A DNA stretch of 64,000 bases, from assembly GCA_964605705.1 (NCBI GenBank), contig CAZSDW010000010.1, positions 28,879-92,878 of the forward strand, given 5' to 3'. The position numbers and the translations under genes are program-made. The notes below the pieces were generated by a model. It saw nothing but the letters and a program-made list of their open reading frames with translations. It was not told where the DNA came from and did no database searches. This DNA is from an uncultured bacterium (lineage in GTDB: Bacteria > Fidelibacterota > UBA2242). Positions 9,231-18,998 of the stretch are shown piece after piece; the first letter of the stretch is position 1, and every line of letters starts with the position of its first letter.

Positions 9231-9838
9231 GCCAGCGCCAGCTCCTTTTTCTTCTGGATTTTTGCCTTGGAAATTTTACCCCGCACAACTTCCGACGTCC
9301 GCTCATCACCGAGGTAAATCTGAATAATCCGGATATTTTCTCTCGACTCCGGAATCTTCACCTTTTCAAACAGGTTGATCCGTTGAATGGTTACCCGCAG
9401 CTCTTCACGCAGGACTTTCATCTGTTTTTCCAGAATCTGTATCCGGGCTTTCTGCTCGATCTCCTCTTTGCAGGCTGCAATCCCGCTGTCCACCCAGAGC
9501 GGCATTTGATAGAAATCGTATGCTTCGTCTTTAAAAATAACCTTATCGAAAATCTCGATATCGATCCCGGCGATATTGCCGCTGCTCGTAATGATTTCAT
9601 CAATGGAAAACAGTGACAGGATATCAATCTCTTCACCAAAGACAGCAACCCACTGAAACAGGGCTTTCTCAAAACGTTCGATATCGGCGCGGATTTTATC
9701 GACCTGCTGGGAGATGAGCCGGATCTCCGCTACCAGCTGGGTTTTCTTCAATTCCAACGTTGGCAGGTAGCGGATGTAGCGCTTCAGCGCCTCTTTCTGC
9801 TTTTTTAATTCGTTTTTGGTTAAACGAATTTTCGCCAT
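9227..9838 (-). CDS. ntpD: V-type ATP synthase subunit D
   Basis: LTKNELK...LPTLELKK, QRINLFEKVKIP. Confidence 0.92.
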   Translation of the reverse strand: MAKIRLTKNELKKQKEALKRYIRYLPTLELKKTQLVAEIRLISQQVDKIRADIERFEKALFQWVAVFGEEIDILSLFSIDEIITSSGNIAGIDIEIFDKVIFKDEAYDFYQMPLWVDSGIAACKEEIEQKARIQILEKQMKVLREELRVTIQRINLFEKVKIPESRENIRIIQIYLGDERTSEVVRGKISKAKIQKKKELALA

Positions 9839-11139
9839 TATTTGGCTCCTTCATGCCAGAATTTTTTCACGAGATCGGTTTTCATACGGGTCTCTTCCGG
9901 TGTAAAACATTCCGCCAGAATTTCCCAGCCCTTATCCAGGGCTTTTTCTAGAGCGATATTTACCGAAAGGTCCATCATATTGGCTTCGAAAAGTTTGCCG
10001 TATTTCAACAACTTGTTATCCCATTCGCTCATGCGAAATCCCATTGCCCGTTTTTCCTCGGTTTCATTATACTGGGCATAGAGCTGAATCAAGCCATCCA
10101 TAATCGCGCGGTGGTCGTCGCGGGTTTTATCATTGACCTGCTGTTTCAGACGGCTCAATGAACCAAAAGGCTCGATGCGACCGTTGCGCAAATAAAATTG
10201 CCCTTCAGTGATATAACCGGTGTTATCGGGAACCGGATGTGTGACATCATCGCCGGGCATGGTCGTCGCCGCCAGTATTGTTACTGATCCGGCGCTGTCA
10301 AAATCCACCGCTTTTTCATAACGGGCGGCTAACTGTGAATAGAGGTCGCCCGGATAACCACGATTGGAAGGCACCTGTTCCATGGTAATAGCAATCTCTT
10401 TCAGCGCATCGGCAAAGTTGGTCATGTCGGTCAGCAGCACCAGTACATTTTTGCCCTTCAGCGCAAAGCGTTCCGCCACGGCGAGACAGAGATCGGGCAC
10501 CATCAAACCTTCCACAATCGGGTCAGAGGCGGTGTGGATAAAGAAGATCGACCGGCTCAAGGCGCCGCCCTCTTCAAGGGTATTCTTGAAATACATATAC
10601 TGGTCGTACTTCAAGCCGATCCCACCCAGCACGATCATGTCCACTTCCGCCTGCAGTGCAATGCGTGCCAGCAATTCGTTGTAAGGTTCGCCGGATACCG
10701 AAAAAATCGGCAGTTTCTGCGAAACCACCAGCGAATTAAAAACGTCAATCATAGGAATATTCGTCCGAATCATATTACGCGGAATAATGCGTTTTGCCGG
10801 ATTCACGGAGGGTCCGGCGATCTCGATCATATTCTCGCTCAGCGATGGACCCTTATCCCGGGGAATGCCACTGCCGTTAAAAATTCGTCCGAGCATGTCA
10901 TCGGAAAAAGTCACCCGCATGGGATTTCCCAAAAAGCGGACTTCATCATTGGTGGCAATTCCCTGGCTGCCGGCAAAAACCTGCAGCGAGACGATATCCC
11001 TGTCCAGTTTAATAACCTGAGCGAGAGATTTTCCACGTGCGGTGCTGATTTCAGCCAGTTCCTCGTAGCTGATGCCTTCCGCTTTGACCGTGATAACATT
11101 CCCGGTCACACTTAAAATCTTATTATATACTTTTTGCAT
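9838..11139 (-). CDS. ntpB: V-type ATP synthase subunit B
   Basis: [39 protein letters not shown]; likely start 11139 (track 11157). Confidence 0.95.
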   Translation of the reverse strand: MQKVYNKILSVTGNVITVKAEGISYEELAEISTARGKSLAQVIKLDRDIVSLQVFAGSQGIATNDEVRFLGNPMRVTFSDDMLGRIFNGSGIPRDKGPSLSENMIEIAGPSVNPAKRIIPRNMIRTNIPMIDVFNSLVVSQKLPIFSVSGEPYNELLARIALQAEVDMIVLGGIGLKYDQYMYFKNTLEEGGALSRSIFFIHTASDPIVEGLMVPDLCLAVAERFALKGKNVLVLLTDMTNFADALKEIAITMEQVPSNRGYPGDLYSQLAARYEKAVDFDSAGSVTILAATTMPGDDVTHPVPDNTGYITEGQFYLRNGRIEPFGSLSRLKQQVNDKTRDDHRAIMDGLIQLYAQYNETEEKRAMGFRMSEWDNKLLKYGKLFEANMMDLSVNIALEKALDKGWEILAECFTPEETRMKTDLVKKFWHEGAK

Positions 11140-12865
11140 TGTCTGAGTTTTCCTCAATCAATTTGCTTATGTTTGCTTCCTGCTGCTTGAATTCGCTATC
11201 CTTCATATCGATATAATTCCAGTCGATAAACAACTGGCGCAGTTTATTAAAGAAACTCCGGGCAGTATCTTTATCCTCGAGATTGAACTTCCGCATCAGC
11301 ACATCGTACACAAAATTGAATACATAGGTCTGACGTTCCGGCGACGAGGCGCCATCGACGGAATCAAAGGAGTTCTGCTGAAGGTAAACATTATCGAGAA
11401 ATTCGGATTTCAGGTAAATGATAAAATCATCGATGGACGTGCCTTCTTCACCCACAACCAGCATCATCTGGTGCACATCATTACCCTTGCGGAGTATTTC
11501 CCGGGCAAATTCTATCGGTTTGCTGTCGATAAAACTACTGTATTTTGACCAGCTGTCCAGCGGGTGAATCGCCGGGTAACGCCGGGCATTGGAACGCTCA
11601 CGGGAAAGTCCGTGAAAGGCACCGACCACTTTCAGCGTCGATTGGGTAACCGGTTCTTCAAAGTTTCCGCCGGCAGGGCTGACCGTTCCACCGATTGTCA
11701 AACTGCCGTAACTGCCGTCATCGAATTCCACCAATCCAGCCCGTTCATAAAACTGAGCAATCCGGGATTCGAGATAGGCAGGAAAGGCTTCTTCGCCGGG
11801 AATCTCTTCCAGGCGACCGGACAGTTCACGCATCGCCTGCGCCCAGCGGGAAGTGGAATCAGCCAGCAGTAAGACATTCAAGCCCATCTGCCGATAATAT
11901 TCTCCCAGCGTTGCCGCCGTATATACCGAGGCTTCCCGCGCCGCCACCGGCATGGAACTGGTATTACAAATAATGATCGTCCGTTCCATCAGGGATTTTC
12001 CTGTCCGCGGATCGGTAATCTCCGGAAACTCGCGCAGTGTCTCAACCACTTCACCCGCCCGCTCTCCACAGGCAGCAATAATGACAATATCGGCTTCCGC
12101 AAAACGGCTGGTGACCTGCTGGAGCACGGTCTTGCCGGCACCAAACGGTCCGGGAATACAGTAAGTGCCACCCTTTGCCACCGGGAAAAAGGTGTCGATA
12201 ATGCGGGTCTGGGTCATCAGTGGTTCTTTGGGAACCAGCTTTTCACGAAAATATTCAATCGGAATTTTTACCGGCCATTCGAAATACATCTTCAGATCGT
12301 GTTGGTCACCTTTGCTGTTCTCGATCGTAGCGATCGTATCGGAGATTTTGTACTTGCCTTTTTCCACGATTTCGCTGACTTTGAAATCGCCCTGGAGATT
12401 AAAGGGTACGAAAATCATATGCTTGAAAATTCCCTCCGGAACCGTGCCCAGGACACTGACTCCCGTAACTGTGTCCCCCTTTTTAGCAACCGGCGTAAAT
12501 TCCCAATCTTTTTTAAAGTCGAGCGCATCCAGAATGACACCGCGCTTCAGGAAGAATCCGTGCCGCGCCGCCAATTCATTCAACGGGTTCTGCAAGCCGT
12601 CGTAAACCATGCCCAGGATTCCGGGGCCCAATTGCACAGAAAGCATCTCGCCGCTGAACTCGACCTCATCACCAACTTTCAAGCCCTTGGTAATTTCGAA
12701 AACCTGCATAAAGGCGGTATTTCCCTGAATCTTGATGACCTCCGATTTCAGCCGGTCTTCACCGGTAATTGCGTAGCCCACCTCGTTCTGTATGATGTTG
12801 CCTTCAAATTCAACGGAAATCATATTTCCATTGATACCTACAATCGTACCTTTACTTTTGTTCAT
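11123..12865 (-). CDS. ntpA: V-type ATP synthase subunit A
   Basis: Walker [37 protein letters not shown]; likely start 12865 (track 12913). Confidence 0.95.
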   Translation of the reverse strand: MNKSKGTIVGINGNMISVEFEGNIIQNEVGYAITGEDRLKSEVIKIQGNTAFMQVFEITKGLKVGDEVEFSGEMLSVQLGPGILGMVYDGLQNPLNELAARHGFFLKRGVILDALDFKKDWEFTPVAKKGDTVTGVSVLGTVPEGIFKHMIFVPFNLQGDFKVSEIVEKGKYKISDTIATIENSKGDQHDLKMYFEWPVKIPIEYFREKLVPKEPLMTQTRIIDTFFPVAKGGTYCIPGPFGAGKTVLQQVTSRFAEADIVIIAACGERAGEVVETLREFPEITDPRTGKSLMERTIIICNTSSMPVAAREASVYTAATLGEYYRQMGLNVLLLADSTSRWAQAMRELSGRLEEIPGEEAFPAYLESRIAQFYERAGLVEFDDGSYGSLTIGGTVSPAGGNFEEPVTQSTLKVVGAFHGLSRERSNARRYPAIHPLDSWSKYSSFIDSKPIEFAREILRKGNDVHQMMLVVGEEGTSIDDFIIYLKSEFLDNVYLQQNSFDSVDGASSPERQTYVFNFVYDVLMRKFNLEDKDTARSFFNKLRQLFIDWNYIDMKDSEFKQQEANISKLIEENSDNAKSI

Positions 12866-13358
12866 AAGCCAATTCTGTATATGTTTTAAATTTTTCCTTA
12901 CCGACTTCTGCATCGAACTTTTTCAACCGGTCCAGAATCTGAAGTCTCAGATAGTAGAGACATAAAAATTCGATATCGGCATAATGTCCGAACGCCAGTT
13001 CTTCAATCAGCTGCCAGCGCAGTCGCAGCAGCTTCTTCTCGACCTCCAGCGGATTCCCTTCCTTTAAAACAGAAAGGGGAAAGAGGCTGGGTTTATACTC
13101 CTGCCGTTTATTCCGGGCAATGCGGTACTGCTGCAGTTCACTGCGCAGCGCATGTTCATAAATTTTATATTCCCGCATGACCGGAGGATCGATCATTTCA
13201 GCCTGGGATTTATTAAGCGATGCTGCGCTGAGAATTTGCAGATCGGCATCACTCAACCATTTCCGCCCTTCTCTCAGGAATTCCTCAGTGGAAAACGAGG
13301 TCTCCTTGTCGAAGAACAGCAGAGGCAGTTGCGCCGCGAAGTAAACGTATTTTTCCAT
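12852..13358 (-). CDS. DUF2764-family V-ATPase-associated subunit (C-like)
   Basis: position between E and A; YVYFAAQLP N-terminus and YYLRLQIL C-terminal pattern. Confidence 0.75.
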   Translation of the reverse strand: MEKYVYFAAQLPLLFFDKETSFSTEEFLREGRKWLSDADLQILSAASLNKSQAEMIDPPVMREYKIYEHALRSELQQYRIARNKRQEYKPSLFPLSVLKEGNPLEVEKKLLRLRWQLIEELAFGHYADIEFLCLYYLRLQILDRLKKFDAEVGKEKFKTYTELAYEQK

Positions 13359-13954
13359 CAGGCTTTATCTAATATCTCTCTAATACCGGGATTGAGGAAT
13401 TCGCCCAGGAACTCGGCTATGCTTTCATCGGTGAAATCATAATAGACATCGTTGCCTTTCAGTCCCACCCGGAATCCTTTGGAGATACCTTTGTCCACCT
13501 TTATCGTCACGGTATCTTTCAACTGAGCGCGGCTTTCGGCTATCACCAGTTCTTGCAGTCGCTTTAAATCCTTTTCGGAAACCAGCAGCTCCAGCGCCTT
13601 GTCGTCGCCCCAGTTCGCCACCATTTTCAGGACCAGTTCCTGTATAAACTCCGGGGACATGCTGGCGCCGATTTTCTGTTTGAAAGCCGCATCAAAGAGC
13701 TTCAACAGTTTTTCTTTGGTGACCAGAACAGTATCGCGGGCAGCCTGTTTCAATGCTGCTTCAGCATTGGATTTCAGTTTCTCGGCTTCTTTTCCGGCGT
13801 CGGCGATGATTTGCGCGGCGTCGGCACTGGCTTTTTTCATGATACTGTCCGCCTCTTTCCGGGCGTTCTTTAAGATTTCATCGGCGGATTTCCTGGCTGC
13901 TTCAACACCGTCGGACTTTATCTTTTTAATTAAATGCTCGAGTTTTGACTCCAT
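13358..13954 (-). CDS. ntpE: V-type ATP synthase subunit E
   Basis: LIKKIKSDGVEAA coiled coil, ISKGFRV, YDFTDESIAEFL; AAGGAG RBS. Confidence 0.88.
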   Translation of the reverse strand: MESKLEHLIKKIKSDGVEAARKSADEILKNARKEADSIMKKASADAAQIIADAGKEAEKLKSNAEAALKQAARDTVLVTKEKLLKLFDAAFKQKIGASMSPEFIQELVLKMVANWGDDKALELLVSEKDLKRLQELVIAESRAQLKDTVTIKVDKGISKGFRVGLKGNDVYYDFTDESIAEFLGEFLNPGIREILDKA

Positions 13955-14480
13955 GCAAACTCTCCTTTATCAAAATGTCAGTCTAAACATAATATGTCTC
14001 TATAGCCCCCACGGCTAATGTCATTGATGAAATTTACTGCTCTGTAATATGCCTTCCGGATTAAAGCCGACCGGAAATATATTCTACCATATCGGCAGGA
14101 CGTTGCTTTACGATTTGAGTTCTGAATTATTTTCAATATCACGTCCAATTCTTAAAAAGCGGTTAAAATTACACTCTTTGCTCAGGATTGTCAAGGTTGT
14201 TCATTTAACACTTAGCGATGTTCGGCGCTAGTGGTAATACACCAAATCGGTTCTAAAATAATTCGCTTAAGCCAGTCGATGAGTTCCATATTAATATCAT
14301 TATCGGCAGTTCCAAGTATATCTATAACTAGCAATGGCAGAATTTGGATTAGACAAATATTTTTCTTGTCTCAACTTGCGGAATTATGAAGCAAATCATT
14401 TAAACTGGCTAAGCATATAGATTTGAAACGATGTTAATTTTTGCCCATCTTCCCCGATTTGTTATTGTTTATATCACCAC

Positions 14481-14499
14481 TGTCAGGTTAGACCTGACA
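14481..14499. promoter_or_regulatory. perfect palindrome TGTCAGGT-N3-ACCTGACA (AbiEi operator candidate 1)
   Basis: 8-3-8 perfect inverted repeat upstream of abiEi; degenerate second copy at 14568-14586. Confidence 0.6.
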
Positions 14500-14526
14500 A
14501 TTATACTACAAAAGATAATATTCTTC

Positions 14527-14555
14527 TTGTTTTTCAGAATAAAACAAATTATAAT
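14527..14555 (+). promoter_or_regulatory. sigma70-like promoter for abiEi-abiEii
   Basis: TTGTTT (14527-14532) -N17- TATAAT (14550-14555), lying between the two operator copies. Confidence 0.5.
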
Positions 14556-14567
14556 TCGTATTATTGC

Positions 14568-14586
14568 TGTCAGGTTTAAACAGACC
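14568..14586. promoter_or_regulatory. degenerate operator copy 2 TGTCAGGT-TTA-AACAGACC
   Basis: left half identical to copy 1, right half 5/8 match; ends 8 bp before the ATG. Confidence 0.45.
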
Positions 14587-14594
14587 TTATCACT

Positions 14595-15416
14595 ATGAAG
14601 CATAAATATATATCAAAACAATCCAATGAACTTCTGTCATACTTTAATGATCAGAAGATGGATTGTTTTAACTATGCCGAAGCTATCAAGGCTTTACCTC
14701 AATCAAGTAAAAGTGCCCTAAAAGAATTGCTCAGTGACATGACCAGAAGAGGACTTCTGATGCGATTGAAAAAAGGATTATATTTCATCATTCCTTACGA
14801 ACAAGACGCAGAATCCTTTATGCCTGATTGGCATCTGATAACTGAAAAATTAGTAGGGAATGCCAATCACTACATTGCTTACTACTCAGCCTTACAGGTT
14901 CACAACCTGATTACTCAGCCATCATTAAAAGAACAGATTGTAGTGCCAAAGCAAATTAGACCTTCGGTAATTAGGATTAAGGATGTTCAATTTCAGTTTA
15001 TTTACCATAATGAAAAACACTTTTTTGGTGCAAAAAAAACGTGGATAGATAGTTTTCATAAAGTTATTTGCTCTGACCTTGAAAAAACAATCATTGATTG
15101 TTTATTCAGACCTGATTATGCTGGCGGAATTGTTGAAATAGCACGAGCTATCTATCTTTCAAGAGATAAAATCCATTACGATAGACTTTTGGACTATACC
15201 TATAAATTCAATTCACAAGCTGTTATAAAACGGCTTGGATTTCTTTTAGAATTGTTACGAATTGATACTAACATTATTGATGAACTTCAAAAAGTTAAAA
15301 CCAAGTCATATGTGGCGTTGGATACGGAACTTCCAAAAGCAGGAAAAATGATAAATCGTTGGAGCATTCGGCAAAACTTAGAAACCAAAACCATAAAATC
15401 TGCGTTTTATACATGA
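14595..15416 (+). CDS. abiEi: type IV toxin-antitoxin AbiEi-family antitoxin / transcriptional regulator
   Basis: N-terminal wHTH (LSDMTRRGLLMRLKKGLY), YIAYYSAL, SDLEKTIIDC, YAGGIVE, KRLGFLLE; ATGA overlap with the next gene. Confidence 0.85.
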   Translation: MKHKYISKQSNELLSYFNDQKMDCFNYAEAIKALPQSSKSALKELLSDMTRRGLLMRLKKGLYFIIPYEQDAESFMPDWHLITEKLVGNANHYIAYYSALQVHNLITQPSLKEQIVVPKQIRPSVIRIKDVQFQFIYHNEKHFFGAKKTWIDSFHKVICSDLEKTIIDCLFRPDYAGGIVEIARAIYLSRDKIHYDRLLDYTYKFNSQAVIKRLGFLLELLRIDTNIIDELQKVKTKSYVALDTELPKAGKMINRWSIRQNLETKTIKSAFYT

Positions 15417-16226
15417 TCAAACCAGGTGAGATACAGCAAAAAGCCCGTGGTGCTGGTGTTCGCGACCAGCAGATAGAAAAGGACTATGTAATTTGCTGGA
15501 TTTTACAGGGAATTGCACAACATGAACAACTTTTTAAAATCATGGTATTCAAGGGTGGAACTGTTTTAAAGAAAGTGTATTTCGAAGACTATCGCTTTTC
15601 GGAAGACCTTGATTTCACTTTAATGGAAGATGAAATCCCCGACGAGCAGATTTTTCACTGTTTTGAAGAAGTTTTTGAATACATCAGAGAAGAGGCAAAT
15701 ATCCCGCTAGAAATAATAGACGACAATGAACATGAGGATGGTGGGATAAATTTCTATATAAGCTATGTTGGTCCATTAGGCGGTACCGGAGCCAATAAGC
15801 GGGTCAAAGTTGACATTTCAAGAAACGAGCAGCTTGAATTTAAAGTTGCCCTCCAATCTATTCTATTATCTTACTCTGATCAGAAGGAACACCAACTGCT
15901 ATGTCATTCATTAGAAGAAATTTTAGTTGAAAAAATGCGTTCGGTTATGCAGCGCATGCAGGCTCGTGACTTCTACGATAATCTGGTATTTACTGGAAGT
16001 GCAATGTGTTCCCATTGATTTTTATGTGCGTGAATTCAATAATAAATGTATGAGCAAAGGATTGAATGCTTCGGATTTTCTTCAAAAATTAGAACAACGA
16101 TTGCCACAATATGAAGGACGGTGGCATAGGTCACTGAGCGAACAAATTCAGAATTTACCAGACTTTAATCGAGTAGAAAGAGAAACCATGAGACATTTAC
16201 GGAAATTGATATTTGAACGTTCATAG
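15413..16226 (+). pseudogene. abiEii: AbiEii-family nucleotidyltransferase toxin, frameshifted
   Basis: IEKDY, FKGGTVLKK, RFSEDLDF, EK..., ARDFYD motifs; an extra A at 15980/15981 breaks RDFYD-IWYLLE; C-terminus continues in the 15927-16226 frame. Confidence 0.8.
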
Positions 16227-16320
16227 TTAAAAGGAAGACCTCCTCATAAATAGTCAAACTAGCCTAGCCAGGGCAATCGGATAAAATCCACATGAAAATA
16301 AACAGTACCAGGAATTTCGG

Positions 16321-17559
16321 ATGAAAGAACATCGCGTAGTAATTACGGGACTGGGCGCTGTATCTCCCGTCGGTATAGGCGTCAAGAATTTCTGGGAAGG
16401 ATTGACGACCGGGCGAAATGGGATCGGGAAAGTCACCTGTTTCGATGTAACGGATTTTCGGTCGAAACTTGCTGCAGAGGTAAAAGATTTTCAGGCTGAA
16501 GAATGGATTGACAAAAAATCGGCAAGTCGCATGGATCGATTCACACAGTTTGCCATTGCGGCATCCGCGATGGCAATTGAAGATGCGGGATTGGAACCAG
16601 GCACATTTGATAAAAACCGGGCAGGTGTTATCATCGGTTCGGGTATCGGGGGCATAGAGACAATTGAAGATGTCTTTACAACGCTAAGAGAAAAAGGTCC
16701 CAAAAGTATAAATCCCTTTACAGTATCCAAGCTGCTGATTAATATGGCAGCCTGTACGGTCTCTATAAAATACGGCTTGAAAGGTCCTCTTTCGGCGCCC
16801 TCGGTAGCCTGTTCAACGGGATCAAATGCCATCGGTGATGCTTTTCGGATTCTGCAGCGGGGTGATGCCGACATCATGTTTGCCGGTGGCGCTGAAGCCA
16901 GTATAAACCCATTGCCCTATGGCGCTTTTTGCGCCACGCGATCAATGACGCCAAATGATAATCCCGCCAATGCCTGCCGACCTTTCGATAAAAATCGCGA
17001 CGGTTTTGTCATGGGAGAAGGCGCCGGAATTGTTATTCTGGAAAATCTGAAGCATGCCCTGAAGCGCGATGCAAAAATTTATGCTGAAATCACCGGATAC
17101 GGCAATACCGCCGATGCCTATCACTATACCGCGCCGGAACCTGAAAGCGATGGCATGATCCGGGTGATGCAGGCGGCGCTGCAGGACGCCGGTATGGATG
17201 CTGAAGAAATCGGCTACATCAATGCCCACGGCACTTCAACCGTTCTGAATGATAAATGCGAATCTGCTGCGATCCAAAAAGTTTTTGGCAAACACGCCAA
17301 GACCCTGAAGGTAAGCTCCATAAAATCAATGATCGGTCATCTGCTTGCAGCCGCCGGTGCTGTGGAATTCGTGGCAACGGTGATGAGTCTGTTCAGCGAT
17401 ACAATCCCACCCACCATCAATTACAAGGAATGCGATCCCGACTGTCCGCTCGACTATGTAACCAAGGGTGCGGAATCCATCGATTTCAATGCAGCAATGA
17501 GTAATTCATTCGGATTCGGCGGTGGTAATGCTTGTTTGGTAGTAAAAAGATATCAATAA
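16321..17559 (+). CDS. fabF: beta-ketoacyl-ACP synthase II
   Basis: RVVITGLG, VACSTG (Cys), NAHGTST (His), IGHLL (His), SNSFGFGG. Confidence 0.93.
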   Translation: MKEHRVVITGLGAVSPVGIGVKNFWEGLTTGRNGIGKVTCFDVTDFRSKLAAEVKDFQAEEWIDKKSASRMDRFTQFAIAASAMAIEDAGLEPGTFDKNRAGVIIGSGIGGIETIEDVFTTLREKGPKSINPFTVSKLLINMAACTVSIKYGLKGPLSAPSVACSTGSNAIGDAFRILQRGDADIMFAGGAEASINPLPYGAFCATRSMTPNDNPANACRPFDKNRDGFVMGEGAGIVILENLKHALKRDAKIYAEITGYGNTADAYHYTAPEPESDGMIRVMQAALQDAGMDAEEIGYINAHGTSTVLNDKCESAAIQKVFGKHAKTLKVSSIKSMIGHLLAAAGAVEFVATVMSLFSDTIPPTINYKECDPDCPLDYVTKGAESIDFNAAMSNSFGFGGGNACLVVKRYQ

Positions 17560-17716
17560 TATTTCATCTCGTATCTTCGTTCTGCGTTGAGTCGAGTGCC
17601 ACTTCTGGGCATTGCCATCTGCATTCTTGATATGTGCCCTACAAAAATCGCGCATCGCCTTTATAAATGATTATTGAAGCCCCGGCATTGACAAATCATC
17701 TATAGAAAATGACCTG

Positions 17717-17844
17717 TCGCGCTTAAGCAGTAACTCATCGCAATAAAAAATGGTTCGTCGCGATCATTCGGTCGTCCATCGCACCAATGGAGTGATATAT
17801 CGCAGGAAAAAATCACCTATCGCAGTTATGCAGTGATATATCGC
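17717..17844. repeat. helically phased array of seven TCGC tetramers (degenerate 20-21 bp tandem repeat)
   Basis: TCGC at 17717, 17738, 17758, 17779, 17800, 17820, 17841 (spacing 21,20,21,21,20,21); AGTGATATATCGC repeated at 17791 and 17832. Confidence 0.75.
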
Positions 17845-17905
17845 CGGGCTGGAACAAATCTGTTGATTTTTTTATATATCAACCTGTATATTAAAACAGA
17901 TATGG

Positions 17906-18511
17906 TTGATATACCATTCCGGAGGCTTGCTCAATACAATTCTGTGGGGCAATTCGCCCGATGAAGTCTATTTTCATAGTGCAGGATATGATAAGAGTTG
18001 TGTGACATTTTCATACACCGATGTCATGGATAGTACGGATAGAATCATTACCAATAATAATGGCGATGTTTACTGGCATGAAGGTAACTTTAATGCAAAT
18101 CCTCTTTTCTGCAATCCGGATAGTGGTAGTTTCACCATTGCTGAAAATTCTCCCTGTATTGGAGCCGGAAAGAGTGGTGAAAATATTGGCGCATTATGTG
18201 TCGGGTGCGATGCCTCGCAAATAGAAAACAAGCAGATTACTCTACCTGACCAATTTATACTCTATCCCGCCTATCCCAACCCATTCAATCCCATCACAAC
18301 TATCTCATTCTATTTGCCGTATCAGGAAGTGATAAAATTATGGATCTACAATATTGACGGTCAGCTGGTTGAAACCCTTGTGAATCAACAAACCGAGTCG
18401 GGATATCATTCTGTTAAATGGAATGGAAATAAGTATAGTTCAGGTGTCTATTTTTTAAAAATGGTCGCTGGTGGATTTTCATCAGCTGTTAAATGTCTAT
18501 TATTGAAATAA
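17906..18511 (+). pseudogene. 5'-truncated secreted beta-helix-type protein with C-terminal YPNPFNP sorting (T9SS-type/FlgD Ig) domain
   Basis: NTILWGNSP...NANPLF...SPCIGAG then YPAYPNPFNPITTI...SSGVYFLK; no signal peptide, in-frame stop at 17864, weak TTG start. Confidence 0.6.
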
Positions 18512-18998
18512 TGCAGATAACGTTGGGTGATCATCCTGTCTATTGCCTTTAAGTGGGCTGCATGTATCTGCAATGAATTTTCATCACAAGTGACATTCCC
18601 GGGTATAGATAATTTCAGGCGGAGAAGCTTTTTCCATCAATATCCATCCTGATCAAAAAATAAAACCGGTACTATCCGGAACATTTTCACCGGTTCAGAT
18701 TATATTATGCAAGAAATAAAAGTTGTTACATAATCACATCTGCCTGGCAAGAAAAACATTCATGTTCCATCTTATTAGAACGGTATGATTGTGGAATTCA
18801 GGTACAATCTTGATTATACTGATTCGGCTGCCGCCCCGATTCAGTACAGCATCAGGAATAAAACCTACGATATCTGGACTGGTTACGTCTTTTAAAATAA
18901 TCCATATAATTTCTCCCGGATAAATCCGGGGGGCAGGTTCTTCATCGTGCGTCAAAATAGAACCTTGCAAGTTCCCTTGGAATCCAGCAGATTCGGAC

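Noticed and set aside
14222-14260. tRNA-like TAGTGGTAA stretch upstream of the AbiE islet
   Set aside because: No acceptor stem, anticodon arm or TTC loop can be built
17717-17844. CRISPR or TIGR interpretation of the phased array
   Set aside because: The constant part is only 4 bp and the period about 21 bp, unlike CRISPR repeats/spacers or 36-nt TIGR units; no cas/tas gene nearby. Kept as an unexplained repeat
18512-18572. attC-like inverted repeat TGCAGATA...TATCTGCA right after the stop codon
   Set aside because: The right core lacks the required GTT, the left core is not RYYYAAC, inner L boxes are not evident, and there is no integrase or second site
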